Virus record (IMG/VR): IMGVR_UViG_3300027917_000036
Length of the DNA: 64,000 bases
Source: an uncultured virus (IMG/VR IMGVR_UViG_3300027917_000036)
Lineage: Duplodnaviria; Heunggongvirae; Uroviricota; Caudoviricetes
Direction: 5' to 3' (one strand)
This document shows, in pieces, positions 41,401-50,414 of the stretch. Every line of letters starts with the position of its first letter. The first letter of the stretch is position 1. The notes beneath the pieces are model-generated. The model worked only from the letters and a program-made list of their open reading frames with translations, was not told the origin of the DNA and ran no database searches. The translations under genes and the position numbers were made by a program.

Positions 41401-41840
41401 TAAAGTTTTTTTAATAATATCAATCCAAACTTGCCAAATATAAATGTAGCAATGCATGCGGTGCTAACTACAAGACCTTCGCAGTTATTTAATAATTGGT
41501 CATGTAATATCCTTGGTCGATAATAAAAGTTTTCGAGATTGGCAGAAGTGAGAAGTTTGGTCAGGTTTTGAAAACCCGTTTCGTTCTTGATGAATAAACA
41601 AATATGCCTACGTTCCTTGCTATCATGGTCATCTGTCAAGTATGCTTCGCATCCAAGAACAGGCTTAATACCTGCTTTGTGGCAAGCACTTTGAAATTTG
41701 ATAAGTCCGTCTATATTCCCATGGTCAGTTGATGCCAGATACTTTTGACCTAAAAATGCTGCACGTTCTGCATAGTCTTTGGCTGTACCCAATCCATCCA
41801 GTTGAGAATATTCGGTATGAACGTGTAGATTGCAAAACAT
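38484..41840 (-). CDS. dnaE: DNA polymerase III alpha subunit fused to a C-terminal family-4 uracil-DNA glycosylase domain
   Basis: PHP HVHTEYSQLDG/TDHG, GPGRGSVGGSL, PDIDIDF, GFNKSHS; C-terminus CxxCxL, GEAPGPDE, FIGRSG, NINKCYP, HPSF. Confidence 0.92.
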   Translation of the reverse strand: MFCNLHVHTEYSQLDGLGTAKDYAERAAFLGQKYLASTDHGNIDGLIKFQSACHKAGIKPVLGCEAYLTDDHDSKERRHICLFIKNETGFQNLTKLLTSANLENFYYRPRILHDQLLNNCEGLVVSTACIATFIFGKFGLILLKKLYDRLGPDLYFEIMPHNMPQQLDANAKVIKLAQKYGGKLISTNDCHYIKRGDAKAQEVLLAIQSKAKWKDPKRFRFTFTGLYLRSERDMRRAYRKQGELKPKLVDESLDNTIELAEKCSGFTIKQMPVKLPRVKGRGIHLTAEPAFMINLCHDNFKKIFGKDMNSAPQYISRFKEELNLIIKKKFVRYFLIVWELIAWCKENNILVGPGRGSVGGSLIAYLMGITSVDPIEHGLLFSRFISEDRIDLPDIDIDFEHTKRHLVRQHLEEMYGENNIAGVSSFNRLKGRSVVRDVARVFEVPDGEVDRFAKLIDETDTDDAIQDVIDEYPEGQEFANEYPHVIKYAKRLEGQVRGYSQHAAAIVVSRSPIGQTGRCNLLERDGVTLVNWEKEDTEYVGLLKIDALGLKLLSILSETKKLIKDNYNKDIDLTTIPLDDEKVFKNISDGHTVGLFQMNTWAMTSLLTEMGKLTFSHVTASLALVRPGPSASGMTEEYIKRKNGKEWNRRHEVYEELTKETYGLLVYQEQVMSIISKVAGLPYSTADKIRKIIGKKRDPKEFEQYRKTFIKGCIKEKIFNRTEADEFWEGLQEWARYGFNKSHSVEYAILGYWCGWLKQYYPTEFICASLTHGAQKKKAELVEEAYRLGLVLVLPKVGISDPFVWRARGRQLFVPFIEVKGLGEKKAITAAQSNNKNGITKFFNKKETPTVQQHKGQMGKLLKSIGAYDVTVQQTNISQSVKDLFEFRIVTSAKNAYPQLSKIFGSIRLDRMERIVHGDLAAITKYKPRKRLINNIAFEGHNNLSRCHDCELRDQASAPVHPSPGRINVIITGEAPGPDEDRKGKGFIGRSGNMIWTELKQYKLRRAMFHITNINKCYPSISRKPNSEQIKVCSKFIRREIKEVNPIIILAFGNTSQEFFTGKKSGIVGISGSITWDESHGCWIVWSVHPSFVLHNPDNKHYFTAAIKSFANLYKALK

Positions 41841-41865
41841 AATATGTACCCCTATTAATTATACA

Positions 41866-43224
41866 TTATTTTATAAAAGAGGATATTCCTTTTTTAGAAC
41901 GTTGCTTTCCAAAGAATTCAACGAGGTCTTTTTCGCCATCCGTGATAAGTTTTACATTGGTACTGCCTTTTTCTAATTTCCCAAAAAAACCAGTAGATTT
42001 ACCATTGGCCATATCTATATATTGCTGAGCAACACGTACGCGATCAAAATGCTGCAAAAGACGAAAGTTATTATGCTGTATAAAGTGTGCCTCATTTGGC
42101 TTTAACGAATTCGCATAATCAACTATATCGGCGAATTCTCGAGGCGTTGCATTATACGGAATCATGATATAGTTTTTATTCGGTGTGAATATAACTCCTT
42201 CACCTTTAGCATTATCAGCAACACCAAGATTCCTGGCGACTGGAATGCACCCTTGTAACATACCGTCCGTTGTAACACGATTGAAATGATCGCCATGTTT
42301 AGCGAACGATTTATTCCAGCTTGGGTCGATAAGACAGCGAACACTTTTTAAGATGCGGTCGCGTTTTGCCTCTATTATCCATCCAAGCCAATTCATACCA
42401 TAATCCATTGCACGATTGAATATGCGTTCTGTTCCATCTTTGCCAATGTAATCGGGATCTTCTTTTTTTCTTGCAAAATATTCAGGCTTGCATTTATCTT
42501 TGCTTGTCATATAGGCATATTCAATCCCACCACCAGCAACATACTTCTTTAGGTGTGCTGGCATATAAGGAATTGCACGTATTAAGTCATCAACGTGCTT
42601 CCATCCTTTGAATGTTTGCAGGCTTAAGAATCCTGGAGTTCGTTGATTATATTTCTTCTTATATTTTTTGCTTGTGTCGTGTGGGCTGAATATAAGAGCG
42701 CGAGGCGTTGCAATGTTTTTAGCGATCCTGTAACCGCACACATGGTTACAACCAAACCCGTCAAAGTATTTCAACACGGCAGTGATATGCGGATAAGTGA
42801 ATAGATGCCCATCACGAAAAACACTGACATTCTTATCGCAAGACCCATATAGGTGAAGCCAATGTGGGTTACCTTTATTTTCTACGTTCTTGCGAGGTAC
42901 CGGCATTTCCCATAATATCATATCATACTTAGATAGTACGTCTGCCGATCGTTTTGCCAGCTCTTCATCCTTATATGATAAGTACCATTTCTTGTCTAAT
43001 CGCCAGCCATTATACTGATGGAATATACCGAAAGCACCTTGTGTCCATCCATCCTTTCTTTTAAGACCGCTGATATCAGGGTTCTTAGTAGGTGCCTTTT
43101 TTGGTGTGAGAATGTAATAGTGAACAGTATGTCCTAATTCTCTAAATCCATGGGCACAGTTTTCAAGATGATTAACTATTCCACCAAGATTGTTTATCAT
43201 ATACATAGTTATTGCAATCTTCAT
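41866..43224 (-). CDS. GT-B glycosyltransferase (candidate DNA glycosyltransferase)
   Basis: NLGGIVNH N-terminus, FKGWKHVDDLIRA, IDPSW, GCIPV; located in the replication cluster. Confidence 0.65.
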   Translation of the reverse strand: MKIAITMYMINNLGGIVNHLENCAHGFRELGHTVHYYILTPKKAPTKNPDISGLKRKDGWTQGAFGIFHQYNGWRLDKKWYLSYKDEELAKRSADVLSKYDMILWEMPVPRKNVENKGNPHWLHLYGSCDKNVSVFRDGHLFTYPHITAVLKYFDGFGCNHVCGYRIAKNIATPRALIFSPHDTSKKYKKKYNQRTPGFLSLQTFKGWKHVDDLIRAIPYMPAHLKKYVAGGGIEYAYMTSKDKCKPEYFARKKEDPDYIGKDGTERIFNRAMDYGMNWLGWIIEAKRDRILKSVRCLIDPSWNKSFAKHGDHFNRVTTDGMLQGCIPVARNLGVADNAKGEGVIFTPNKNYIMIPYNATPREFADIVDYANSLKPNEAHFIQHNNFRLLQHFDRVRVAQQYIDMANGKSTGFFGKLEKGSTNVKLITDGEKDLVEFFGKQRSKKGISSFIK

Positions 43225-44843
43225 AGGTAGTCTCCTATTGTTTTTTGTTTTTTGCCAGTGAGTATCTCTATTAATGCATCGTATACTCTGCTCTGTTTTT
43301 GCCCTTTATATATTATAGCATTGCTTTCTTCGTTAAACGTAGTGAAAGGTCTTCCGGGTTTTTTTGTCTGCCGAGCAAGTAAGATGCTTGCGCATATGTT
43401 TTGTCCTCTTCGAAATTTGAATTGGCCTTTTGTTACTATATCACCAATAGAATCTGGCACCTTAAAATCATAAAAGTCTTTGCATTCAGGAATCTCTGTG
43501 ATCGGATCAAAACCTCTTTCAGTGGCAAAATTAATACCACGACTTATCTGCATAAGTTCCTTGAGATCATTAATGTTAAATCGTTCTGTTTCGAGAAAGA
43601 ATGCTTGTGTATTGATAGGGTCGTAATCGTCGGTGATATACCCTGCCTCCAGGCATCGCTCGAATAGAGGTGTACCTTTATTTAATCTGAAATGACTTGC
43701 CCATATACGTCCTTTTACCTTGGCTATATCAAACATGGTTTGTAGCATAGAATGAATAGTTTCTTTAAATGGATATCCCAATATAATCTGTGCTGGAGGG
43801 TTCTTTTCTGGCCAATGTTTAATACCGATATTCCAGTATTTAGGAGTATTTTCTTTCTTCATATCTTTTAATACTTCAGGATTAGTGCTTTCAATAGGAA
43901 AAGTCATTTGTCGAAATCCGGCTTTCCACATGAGCTCACAGAGTTCCTTATCTGCTGTAGCATATACAGGGATTCCATGGCTAACATACAAACGGATCTT
44001 AGGCATTTTGTCGATAATGAATTTACAGATTGCCTTGAGATGTTCAATACCTTTTTTACCTGGGCATGGATTATCATCTTCTATTACGAATTTGTGGACT
44101 TTCCATTGTTTGTAGTAGTGTTCAATTTCCTTCTGAACCCTATGTACAGATTTATTCCGCCAAACGCGCCCTTGTATAAGGAATGATCCGCAGAATGAAC
44201 ATTTATGCGGACACCCACGACTGAATGTAACATAAAGCTCTCTCGTCTCGCGGTTGTCAAGGAGAAGTGCGCGGTTGGGAAAAGGTAGTGAATCCATGTC
44301 TTCAATAAATGAAGCCCTTGATTTAGAACCTTCTGTAGGTTTGATAATAGCCTCATGTCTTTCTCCTTTTAAAAATTGAAGGAACGGCTCTTCTCCTTCT
44401 CCAATACATACATAGTCAGCTTGTGAATATTTAGCAACATGCTCTGGAAACGCAGTAGCATGTGGGCCACCAAGCACCACGATAGATCTTGGGATAAAGT
44501 GTTTGATAAGTTCTATCAGTCTATATGCCCCTGTCCAATTACTACTCATTAATGAACTTACACCGATAATTTTATTATACGTACGATGGTTCATACGTAA
44601 CCATTTTCTTATTTGCAAGTCTGTCCAGCCAAAACGGAAATAATTAGATTGGCCTGTTTTTAATTGCGTAGGCCTATTGGTCTTTCTTTTCTTTGGTGGA
44701 TATGATAAGTCCAGGACACGCGATTCTATCCCATGCTTTTCAAGGTATGCGGCAATATATAATGGTCCAATAGGAAAAGGACTTCTTTTTACAAGATAGT
44801 TCTTCCCTTCGAATGGAGGGTATAATATAAGTACTGGCTTCAT
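43221..44843 (-). CDS. Cobalamin-dependent radical SAM enzyme
   Basis: PIGPLYIAAYL, VVLGGPHAT, DYVCIGEGE (B12-binding); SRGCPHKCSFC. Confidence 0.9.
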   Translation of the reverse strand: MKPVLILYPPFEGKNYLVKRSPFPIGPLYIAAYLEKHGIESRVLDLSYPPKKRKTNRPTQLKTGQSNYFRFGWTDLQIRKWLRMNHRTYNKIIGVSSLMSSNWTGAYRLIELIKHFIPRSIVVLGGPHATAFPEHVAKYSQADYVCIGEGEEPFLQFLKGERHEAIIKPTEGSKSRASFIEDMDSLPFPNRALLLDNRETRELYVTFSRGCPHKCSFCGSFLIQGRVWRNKSVHRVQKEIEHYYKQWKVHKFVIEDDNPCPGKKGIEHLKAICKFIIDKMPKIRLYVSHGIPVYATADKELCELMWKAGFRQMTFPIESTNPEVLKDMKKENTPKYWNIGIKHWPEKNPPAQIILGYPFKETIHSMLQTMFDIAKVKGRIWASHFRLNKGTPLFERCLEAGYITDDYDPINTQAFFLETERFNINDLKELMQISRGINFATERGFDPITEIPECKDFYDFKVPDSIGDIVTKGQFKFRRGQNICASILLARQTKKPGRPFTTFNEESNAIIYKGQKQSRVYDALIEILTGKKQKTIGDYL

Positions 44844-44852
44844 TGTGATCTC

Positions 44853-46265
44853 CTATCTGGTAAGGTCTATTCCTTCTTTGGCCCAGCGGTCTTCGTATTC
44901 GCTTGGTGAATATTTATATACAAGATTCCCTTCATTATCGAGCAATGAAGGCATTAGTTGTCCATGAAAATAGTTTCTTGGGTTTCCTGGTGATTTAATA
45001 TTATTCCAGCATGTACGGGCAGCTTCGAGATAGGTAAATTTCCTTCTTTCAGAAGCTGTTTTGTTAGTAACAGAAACATGGTCTTGTGCTAATGTATGAT
45101 CCAATAGATAAGTATCTTCATCTGGTAAGAATACTTTATCAAAGTGAAGTTTTAATATACGCCCTTTTTTGTGATATTCACGACGCGCCTCTTTTAGCCA
45201 ATATGTGAGTTGATTAGTAGTCCAGTTTTCAAGTTCAGGATTGTCGGGATAATCATCAGGCATGCCGCAACACGAGCCAGACATATTTAATTCTTTGAAA
45301 TCTGGATCGCTGATGCCCAATATTAAATCATGTTTGAGACAAAATTTATATATCTTTTTGACAAACTGTTCTTTGACTAATCTGTTCAATCGCATATATC
45401 CACCACGTTCACTTGGGCTGAGATCTTTGAAATAAGACATAATATCTTTAGTGCCGATAAGTTTCTGCAACCACCGATATCTTCTCATAAGTCCTTCATT
45501 TGAACGCATATCAAGAGCGAAGAACTCAAGGCTGACAGCACTGATACCTGCTTCCAGGCATCGCTCTAACAACTCATCGAGACTGTGATCTGTTATACCT
45601 ATAATGAAAGGCCGTAAGCGTAGGATTGTGTAATATCCCATATCACTTAATAGTTTAATGGCCTTTATTCTCTTGCTTGGTACTGGAACACCTATTTCCA
45701 CTTGACGCCCCAACTTATCATCGGCGGTAACGAGTGAAATTTGAAATGCAAAATTCTTATGTTTTGCACTCTTTTCAAACAATTTCATAAACTGAGGTCT
45801 GAATATACCGCTACCTTTGAAACTGAATAGCGTGGGATATTTAAGACGTGCCAAACCCTTGCATATTTCATAACCGATACCATTCGTCTTTTCGAAATTG
45901 CAAAAAGGATCAGCCAACCCTCCCCAATGTAATAGAAATCGTTTATGATAAAAGTGTTTATGGTAAATGCGTCCGCGACTTTCGACTGGGTTGCCAGATA
46001 AAGCACTGACAAGTTTCTTGGGATTAACCGAATGAAGTTTAGCATTGAAACTTGGATTGTTAGTCTTAAACATATAGGCAAAACAATATGTACAACCCAA
46101 GGAACAATGTGAAAAATGATCGAATGTACAAGGCATCGAACAGTCCATGAATTCACTGCTGACCCTTGGGCTTGCGTATGTTTGGGACTTGGCTGTCATT
46201 TTAAGCCCTTTATTGTCCCGAACAAACTTCATACTTTCTTCAAATATTTCATCTTGTTTTGCCAT
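44853..46265 (-). CDS. Radical SAM enzyme (SPL-like)
   Basis: CSLGCTYCF; GGLADPF; LRLRPFI; C-terminal SCCG. Confidence 0.85.
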   Translation of the reverse strand: MAKQDEIFEESMKFVRDNKGLKMTAKSQTYASPRVSSEFMDCSMPCTFDHFSHCSLGCTYCFAYMFKTNNPSFNAKLHSVNPKKLVSALSGNPVESRGRIYHKHFYHKRFLLHWGGLADPFCNFEKTNGIGYEICKGLARLKYPTLFSFKGSGIFRPQFMKLFEKSAKHKNFAFQISLVTADDKLGRQVEIGVPVPSKRIKAIKLLSDMGYYTILRLRPFIIGITDHSLDELLERCLEAGISAVSLEFFALDMRSNEGLMRRYRWLQKLIGTKDIMSYFKDLSPSERGGYMRLNRLVKEQFVKKIYKFCLKHDLILGISDPDFKELNMSGSCCGMPDDYPDNPELENWTTNQLTYWLKEARREYHKKGRILKLHFDKVFLPDEDTYLLDHTLAQDHVSVTNKTASERRKFTYLEAARTCWNNIKSPGNPRNYFHGQLMPSLLDNEGNLVYKYSPSEYEDRWAKEGIDLTR

Positions 46266-46651
46266 TACCGTCTCCTGATTTTCCTTTTGTTAATAATAAG
46301 TTTGTTGGTCTTTTCATTCCAGACAAATTCGCCAGATTCAAGTTTTTTAATAACTTCCATGAATAGATTGATATCATAGGTATTGTTATCAATGTAAGTG
46401 TTTACACGTATAAATTTGCCAAGACGTTCTATATCTTTAGAATGTGGGAACGTCATAAACAATGTTCGTTTTTTAAAGGTCGTTGCCCTCGGCTTTGGGC
46501 CCTTGTATACAGGAATCGGTTGTGGTTTCAGAAGAGCTTGTTCTATCTCTCTGATTTCCTTGTCCGTCTTCCCGTCTATCATCGCCATGAACTTCTCCAT
46601 TACTTGTTCCTGGCGACTCTTCTTGCTCCCTATCATTTTTGTTATGTCCAT
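46265..46651 (-). CDS. Hypothetical protein
   Basis: Abuts the radical SAM gene; ends KRKIRRR. Confidence 0.55.
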   Translation of the reverse strand: MDITKMIGSKKSRQEQVMEKFMAMIDGKTDKEIREIEQALLKPQPIPVYKGPKPRATTFKKRTLFMTFPHSKDIERLGKFIRVNTYIDNNTYDINLFMEVIKKLESGEFVWNEKTNKLIINKRKIRRR

Positions 46652-46961
46652 CTCGTTCCCTTCTCTCTATAGCGTATTGACATTTTTCTCCATCTTCTTT
46701 TGAACAATAGGATCCACTGATATCTGAATTGCAAGCACAGAATGGGCCATCCTTACTTTCCGTTGGATAGAACTCACATGGTTCTCCAAAGAAAGACTCA
46801 GCTATACATTTTCTAATTTGGTAGTCTATTTCGTTGGATGCTCCCGTCATTGTTGACCAATAGGATTCAGGTTCTTGGGCACTGATTAATATACGTTTGT
46901 AGTAGTCAGTTTGTGCTACAGACTTTTTATAAATACGAACGGTTAAACTTATATGGAACAT
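46473..46961 (-). CDS. Cys-containing hypothetical protein
   Basis: SD GGAG; 3' part overlaps the next gene. Confidence 0.35.
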   Translation of the reverse strand: MFHISLTVRIYKKSVAQTDYYKRILISAQEPESYWSTMTGASNEIDYQIRKCIAESFFGEPCEFYPTESKDGPFCACNSDISGSYCSKEDGEKCQYAIERRERDGHNKNDREQEESPGTSNGEVHGDDRREDGQGNQRDRTSSSETTTDSCIQGPKAEGNDL

Positions 46962-46970
46962 ATCAATCTC

Positions 46971-47261
46971 CTATAATCTCTTATATAAAGCCAGTATATC
47001 CCTATCCATGTCTTCCATTTTTTTAGTAAGTTCTAATATAGACTTTTTTATTTTCTCAATATCTTCAGCGTTCTTTTGCATAATGGTTGTGGCTTCTTTA
47101 TCTTTTGAGAAATTCACACAATTCCCGTCTGGATTTAGATGGAGTGGATCTGGGCATTCACAAATGAGTTTCCCTTCGCTCCACCCTTCATGGCGGTTGA
47201 ACTTGTTATGTTTACAACTATCCATGTTACAATAAACGGGTTGTGAGTAGTCACGTGACAT
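46971..47261 (-). CDS. Cys-rich small protein (DUF1540-like)
   Basis: VYCNMDSCKHN...C...C. Confidence 0.5.
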   Translation of the reverse strand: MSRDYSQPVYCNMDSCKHNKFNRHEGWSEGKLICECPDPLHLNPDGNCVNFSKDKEATTIMQKNAEDIEKIKKSILELTKKMEDMDRDILALYKRL

Positions 47262-47263
47262 TG

Positions 47264-47635
47264 TTATTCTCCTTTCTTTAATCCAAAGAACTGTTCGGGT
47301 TTATGCCCCATTTTTCTTAGTAGGTCTATTGTCTCGCGTGCGTGACGTTCGTTACAGTTAAGAGCATTGGCCACTTTATCAACGAGCTTCGGTTCTGTTC
47401 TTTTTGTTACTTTTGCATAATTAATGTATGGTGCCCTTCCAAGTTTTTTAAAACCATAGTTATACATTGCCACTATGGCCCATTTAGGTAAACGCGCCAT
47501 AAAGCGATTTAATTCAGATACGAACAAAAAAGTTTTCGGATAAAAACTCAAGAATCTATTCAGCATATATGGGTTGCTTATTGTGTCAACCTTTTTAGTA
47601 AATACGTCATTCAGCTCGTCAAATAGTTTACCCAT
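47264..47635 (-). CDS. Clamp loader small subunit (gp62-like)
   Basis: PYMLNRFLS motif; directly downstream of the clamp loader ATPase. Confidence 0.65.
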   Translation of the reverse strand: MGKLFDELNDVFTKKVDTISNPYMLNRFLSFYPKTFLFVSELNRFMARLPKWAIVAMYNYGFKKLGRAPYINYAKVTKRTEPKLVDKVANALNCNERHARETIDLLRKMGHKPEQFFGLKKGE

Positions 47636-47643
47636 AGAACCTC

Positions 47644-48594
47644 TTAGAAAGTGATATCAGTTTCAAGCAAATTAGCAGTGTCTACCAGGCAAGCAACGAA
47701 GTTAATTTCTCGATCGGCTACTGTTCTGTCTCTGTATAAGTATTCAGCAATAGATACGATTATCTCAGGCTGTATATCGTCGGGGCATGTATTTACAAAC
47801 TTTTCGAATAGTAATCTATATAGCCAAACAAAATCGGTTGATCCAGCTATTATCTGTCTGATCTTCCTGATATCTCCCTTACCAAGAAGCTTAATAATAT
47901 CACCACCACGATTGAACGCACTCAAAGCATTTTTTATTTTGAACTTTCCTCCTATACTACATGCTTGGAGATTATTCACTATGGTTCGCATATCTGGATA
48001 GAAACGCTTGACAATCTTATCCACATCCATTTTATCGTATCGTATCTTCTCCTTGTCTAATATATTTTGTGCCCACCCAATAACCATAACAAGATCCATA
48101 TTTGTGAATTCCAGCTGAACACATCTGGAAACAATAGGTCTTATCATATGGTCGAAATTATTAGCAGTGAATATAAACCGGCAGTTAGAGTGATAAGTTT
48201 CAATAGTGTTTTTTAATGCCATCTGAGCGTCCGCTGTAAGCCCGTCAGCTTCATCGAATAATACTACGTTTAACTTATCACCCTGATGCTTGGATGCGGC
48301 GAACTGTTTCACCCTCGTCTTGATAGTGCCAACGCCACGATCACTACTGCTGGCATTGAGGATCAAAGAGGCACCAGCGCAACTATCGATCAGTATCCGT
48401 GCAACAGTAGTCTTACCACTGCCGGCAGGGCCATGAAACAATAGATGGGGGATTTCTCGCTGCCGAAGAAAACTTCTCAAGGGTTTTTTAGTTTTTATTG
48501 GTAGCACCAATTCCTTGAGATGTTTTGCTCTGTGCTTCTCGTACCAAATAAGGTTTTGCATTATTCTCCTCCGCTGATAGGTGTCAAGGCCCAA
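47644..48594 (-). CDS. Clamp loader AAA+ subunit (RFC/gp44-like)
   Basis: WYEKHR, GPAGSGKTT, LNASS.RG, DEADGL, SRC motif. Confidence 0.92.
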   Translation of the reverse strand: MGLDTYQRRRIMQNLIWYEKHRAKHLKELVLPIKTKKPLRSFLRQREIPHLLFHGPAGSGKTTVARILIDSCAGASLILNASSSDRGVGTIKTRVKQFAASKHQGDKLNVVLFDEADGLTADAQMALKNTIETYHSNCRFIFTANNFDHMIRPIVSRCVQLEFTNMDLVMVIGWAQNILDKEKIRYDKMDVDKIVKRFYPDMRTIVNNLQACSIGGKFKIKNALSAFNRGGDIIKLLGKGDIRKIRQIIAGSTDFVWLYRLLFEKFVNTCPDDIQPEIIVSIAEYLYRDRTVADREINFVACLVDTANLLETDITF

Positions 48595-49343
48595 CTTACC
48601 TTATCACTTTCTATCATAATAGGTGCTTCCTGAGCAAAGTAAAGTATAGGTTCATCTTTAATATCTAACACTTGGAATATCTTAGATAAGTGTTCACCGT
48701 TGATAAGTAAAGACACATCGTCTTCGGCATCGTCTATTGTTTCGACTTCTGCATCGAATGATAATTCCATTTGATGATCGGTGTCAGCACCGCAGATAAA
48801 GCTGATACTTTCGTCAGAATATTTAAGACGGGTATCTGGTGTTGATAACATTCCTATATAGCTTAAGAAGTCTTTTGTGAACGATGCATTTAAAGGAACA
48901 CTATATTCCATCATACTTTTGATCTTCTTATAAGGGTCCTCGTCGTCTTCATCCATTGATAGTTTAGTACCGATTAAACTGGGATCGGTTAATAAGTAAT
49001 CCAGTCTACGCTTGCCATCTTTTCGTGATACTTTGAGATGATTAGCATCTGTTTTGATTGGTATGTTCTTATCCTTTGTCAGTGAACTTAGAAATCTGAT
49101 AAGTAGATCAATATTTCCTAAACCAAATTCATTGTTGATAGATTTAGACATCACTGGTTCAAAGCCCATAATGATAAGACTATTCGTGATATCTACTGCC
49201 ATCACAGATCCAACTCCTCTGTTCACTTCAAGAAGACAATCTTCGATAACACCACCAAGATGGACGCAGCGTAGAAGTTTTAAGAGGCCATCCTTGATAA
49301 TAAAGGAATCACTCTTATCTTTGTTTCTACGTTTAATTGCCAT
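48561..49343 (-). CDS. Putative sliding clamp (PCNA/gp45-like)
   Basis: About 260 aa, acidic, adjacent to the clamp loader, ends ..LTP; start moved to MAIKRR after GGAGGG. Confidence 0.6.
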   Translation of the reverse strand: MAIKRRNKDKSDSFIIKDGLLKLLRCVHLGGVIEDCLLEVNRGVGSVMAVDITNSLIIMGFEPVMSKSINNEFGLGNIDLLIRFLSSLTKDKNIPIKTDANHLKVSRKDGKRRLDYLLTDPSLIGTKLSMDEDDEDPYKKIKSMMEYSVPLNASFTKDFLSYIGMLSTPDTRLKYSDESISFICGADTDHQMELSFDAEVETIDDAEDDVSLLINGEHLSKIFQVLDIKDEPILYFAQEAPIMIESDKVSWALTPISGGE

Positions 49344-49368
49344 GTTACCCTCCATTTTTGACGGATAC

Positions 49369-49404
49369 AAAAAAAAGAGGCAAGGGTAGCTATCCCTTGC
49401 CTCT
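49369..49404 (-). terminator. Rho-independent terminator
   Basis: AGAGGCAAGGG/CCCTTGCCTCT 11-bp stem with a U8 tail on the - strand. Confidence 0.85.
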
Positions 49405-49451
49405 ATGGTTAATTATCCACCGTTTAAATCCTCAGCTGAAGACCTGAACGA

Positions 49452-50348
49452 CTATTCGTCGTCATCGTCATCGGCCGCATTGGCCAGGATGAAGGTAACA
49501 TTCTCGTCGCCACCTGTCATTTTGGCCATAACAGGAACAGCACTTGAGACCTTGCGCATAACTGTTCGCAGTACGAGACCATGAAGAGCACCTGCGTCCT
49601 TATCTTTAATTTCGGACGCAACCTCTTGCAGGTCACCAATCGCAGCACCATCACTGCCGGCATCCTTAATAGCCGAGTAGAGAGCACCGGGAAGAGTACC
49701 AGACCTCAGGCCTTTTGGAAGTTTTTCACCCTTGTCTTTTTTCTTCTTTTTGGTGGACTTATCCTTTTTGCCTTTCTTTGAGGACTTATCCTTTTTAGTG
49801 GGTTTTTCCTTTTTGGCCTTTTTGCCTTTCTTTCCCTTCTTGCTGGGCTTATCTTTCTTTTCAGCCTTTTGGCCTTTCTTGCCCTTTTTGCCTTTTTTGT
49901 CGGCTTTTTTCTTGGATGCCTTTTCCTTTTCTTCCATGGCATCCACGATCTCTTCGATCACATCATCGAGGTTGGATTTCTTGACGGGAGTTTCGATCTC
50001 ATCTTCGAGGTCGTTTTCTTCGATGAAGGCTTTAATTTCTTTGACGGACATCTCGTTAAGTTTATCTTCGAGATCTTCTTCCTCTCCGTCCTCATCGGTG
50101 TCCTCATCGGTGTCCTCATCGGTGTCCTCGTCGTCACCGTCCTCAATCTTGGCCAACAGCTCTTCGTAGAAATCGATGATTTCATCATCTACTTCATCGA
50201 TCTTGCCGTCATCATCGATCTCTTCGATCGCTTGAATAAAGTCCTCTTGTAGTTCTTCCTGTTCAGAATTGAGATCAATCTCTTCTTCTGTCAGGTCCAA
50301 CTTGTTAAGGGCTTTGGCCATCTTCTTGAGTTCTTTCAAACTTGCCAT
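49452..50348 (-). CDS. Acidic / Lys-rich low-complexity protein
   Basis: D/E-rich N-terminal half, K-rich middle, SD GGAGG, own terminator. Confidence 0.7.
   Translation of the reverse strand: MASLKELKKMAKALNKLDLTEEEIDLNSEQEELQEDFIQAIEEIDDDGKIDEVDDEIIDFYEELLAKIEDGDDEDTDEDTDEDTDEDGEEEDLEDKLNEMSVKEIKAFIEENDLEDEIETPVKKSNLDDVIEEIVDAMEEKEKASKKKADKKGKKGKKGQKAEKKDKPSKKGKKGKKAKKEKPTKKDKSSKKGKKDKSTKKKKKDKGEKLPKGLRSGTLPGALYSAIKDAGSDGAAIGDLQEVASEIKDKDAGALHGLVLRTVMRKVSSAVPVMAKMTGGDENVTFILANAADDDDDE
50088..50129. repeat. 12-bp coding tandem repeat (GTCCTCATCGGT x3.5; DTDE repeats)
   Basis: Directly visible. Confidence 0.85.
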
Positions 50349-50414
50349 GATGTGTTCCTCCTATAAAATTGGATTAATAAAGTAAACCTTTTCTTACCAC
50401 TATTATATCACATT

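Noticed and set aside
50088..50129. CCGATGAGG hammerhead-core-like words on the - strand
   Set aside because: They are part of a coding DTDE tandem repeat, with no GAAAC, stems or properly placed GUC.
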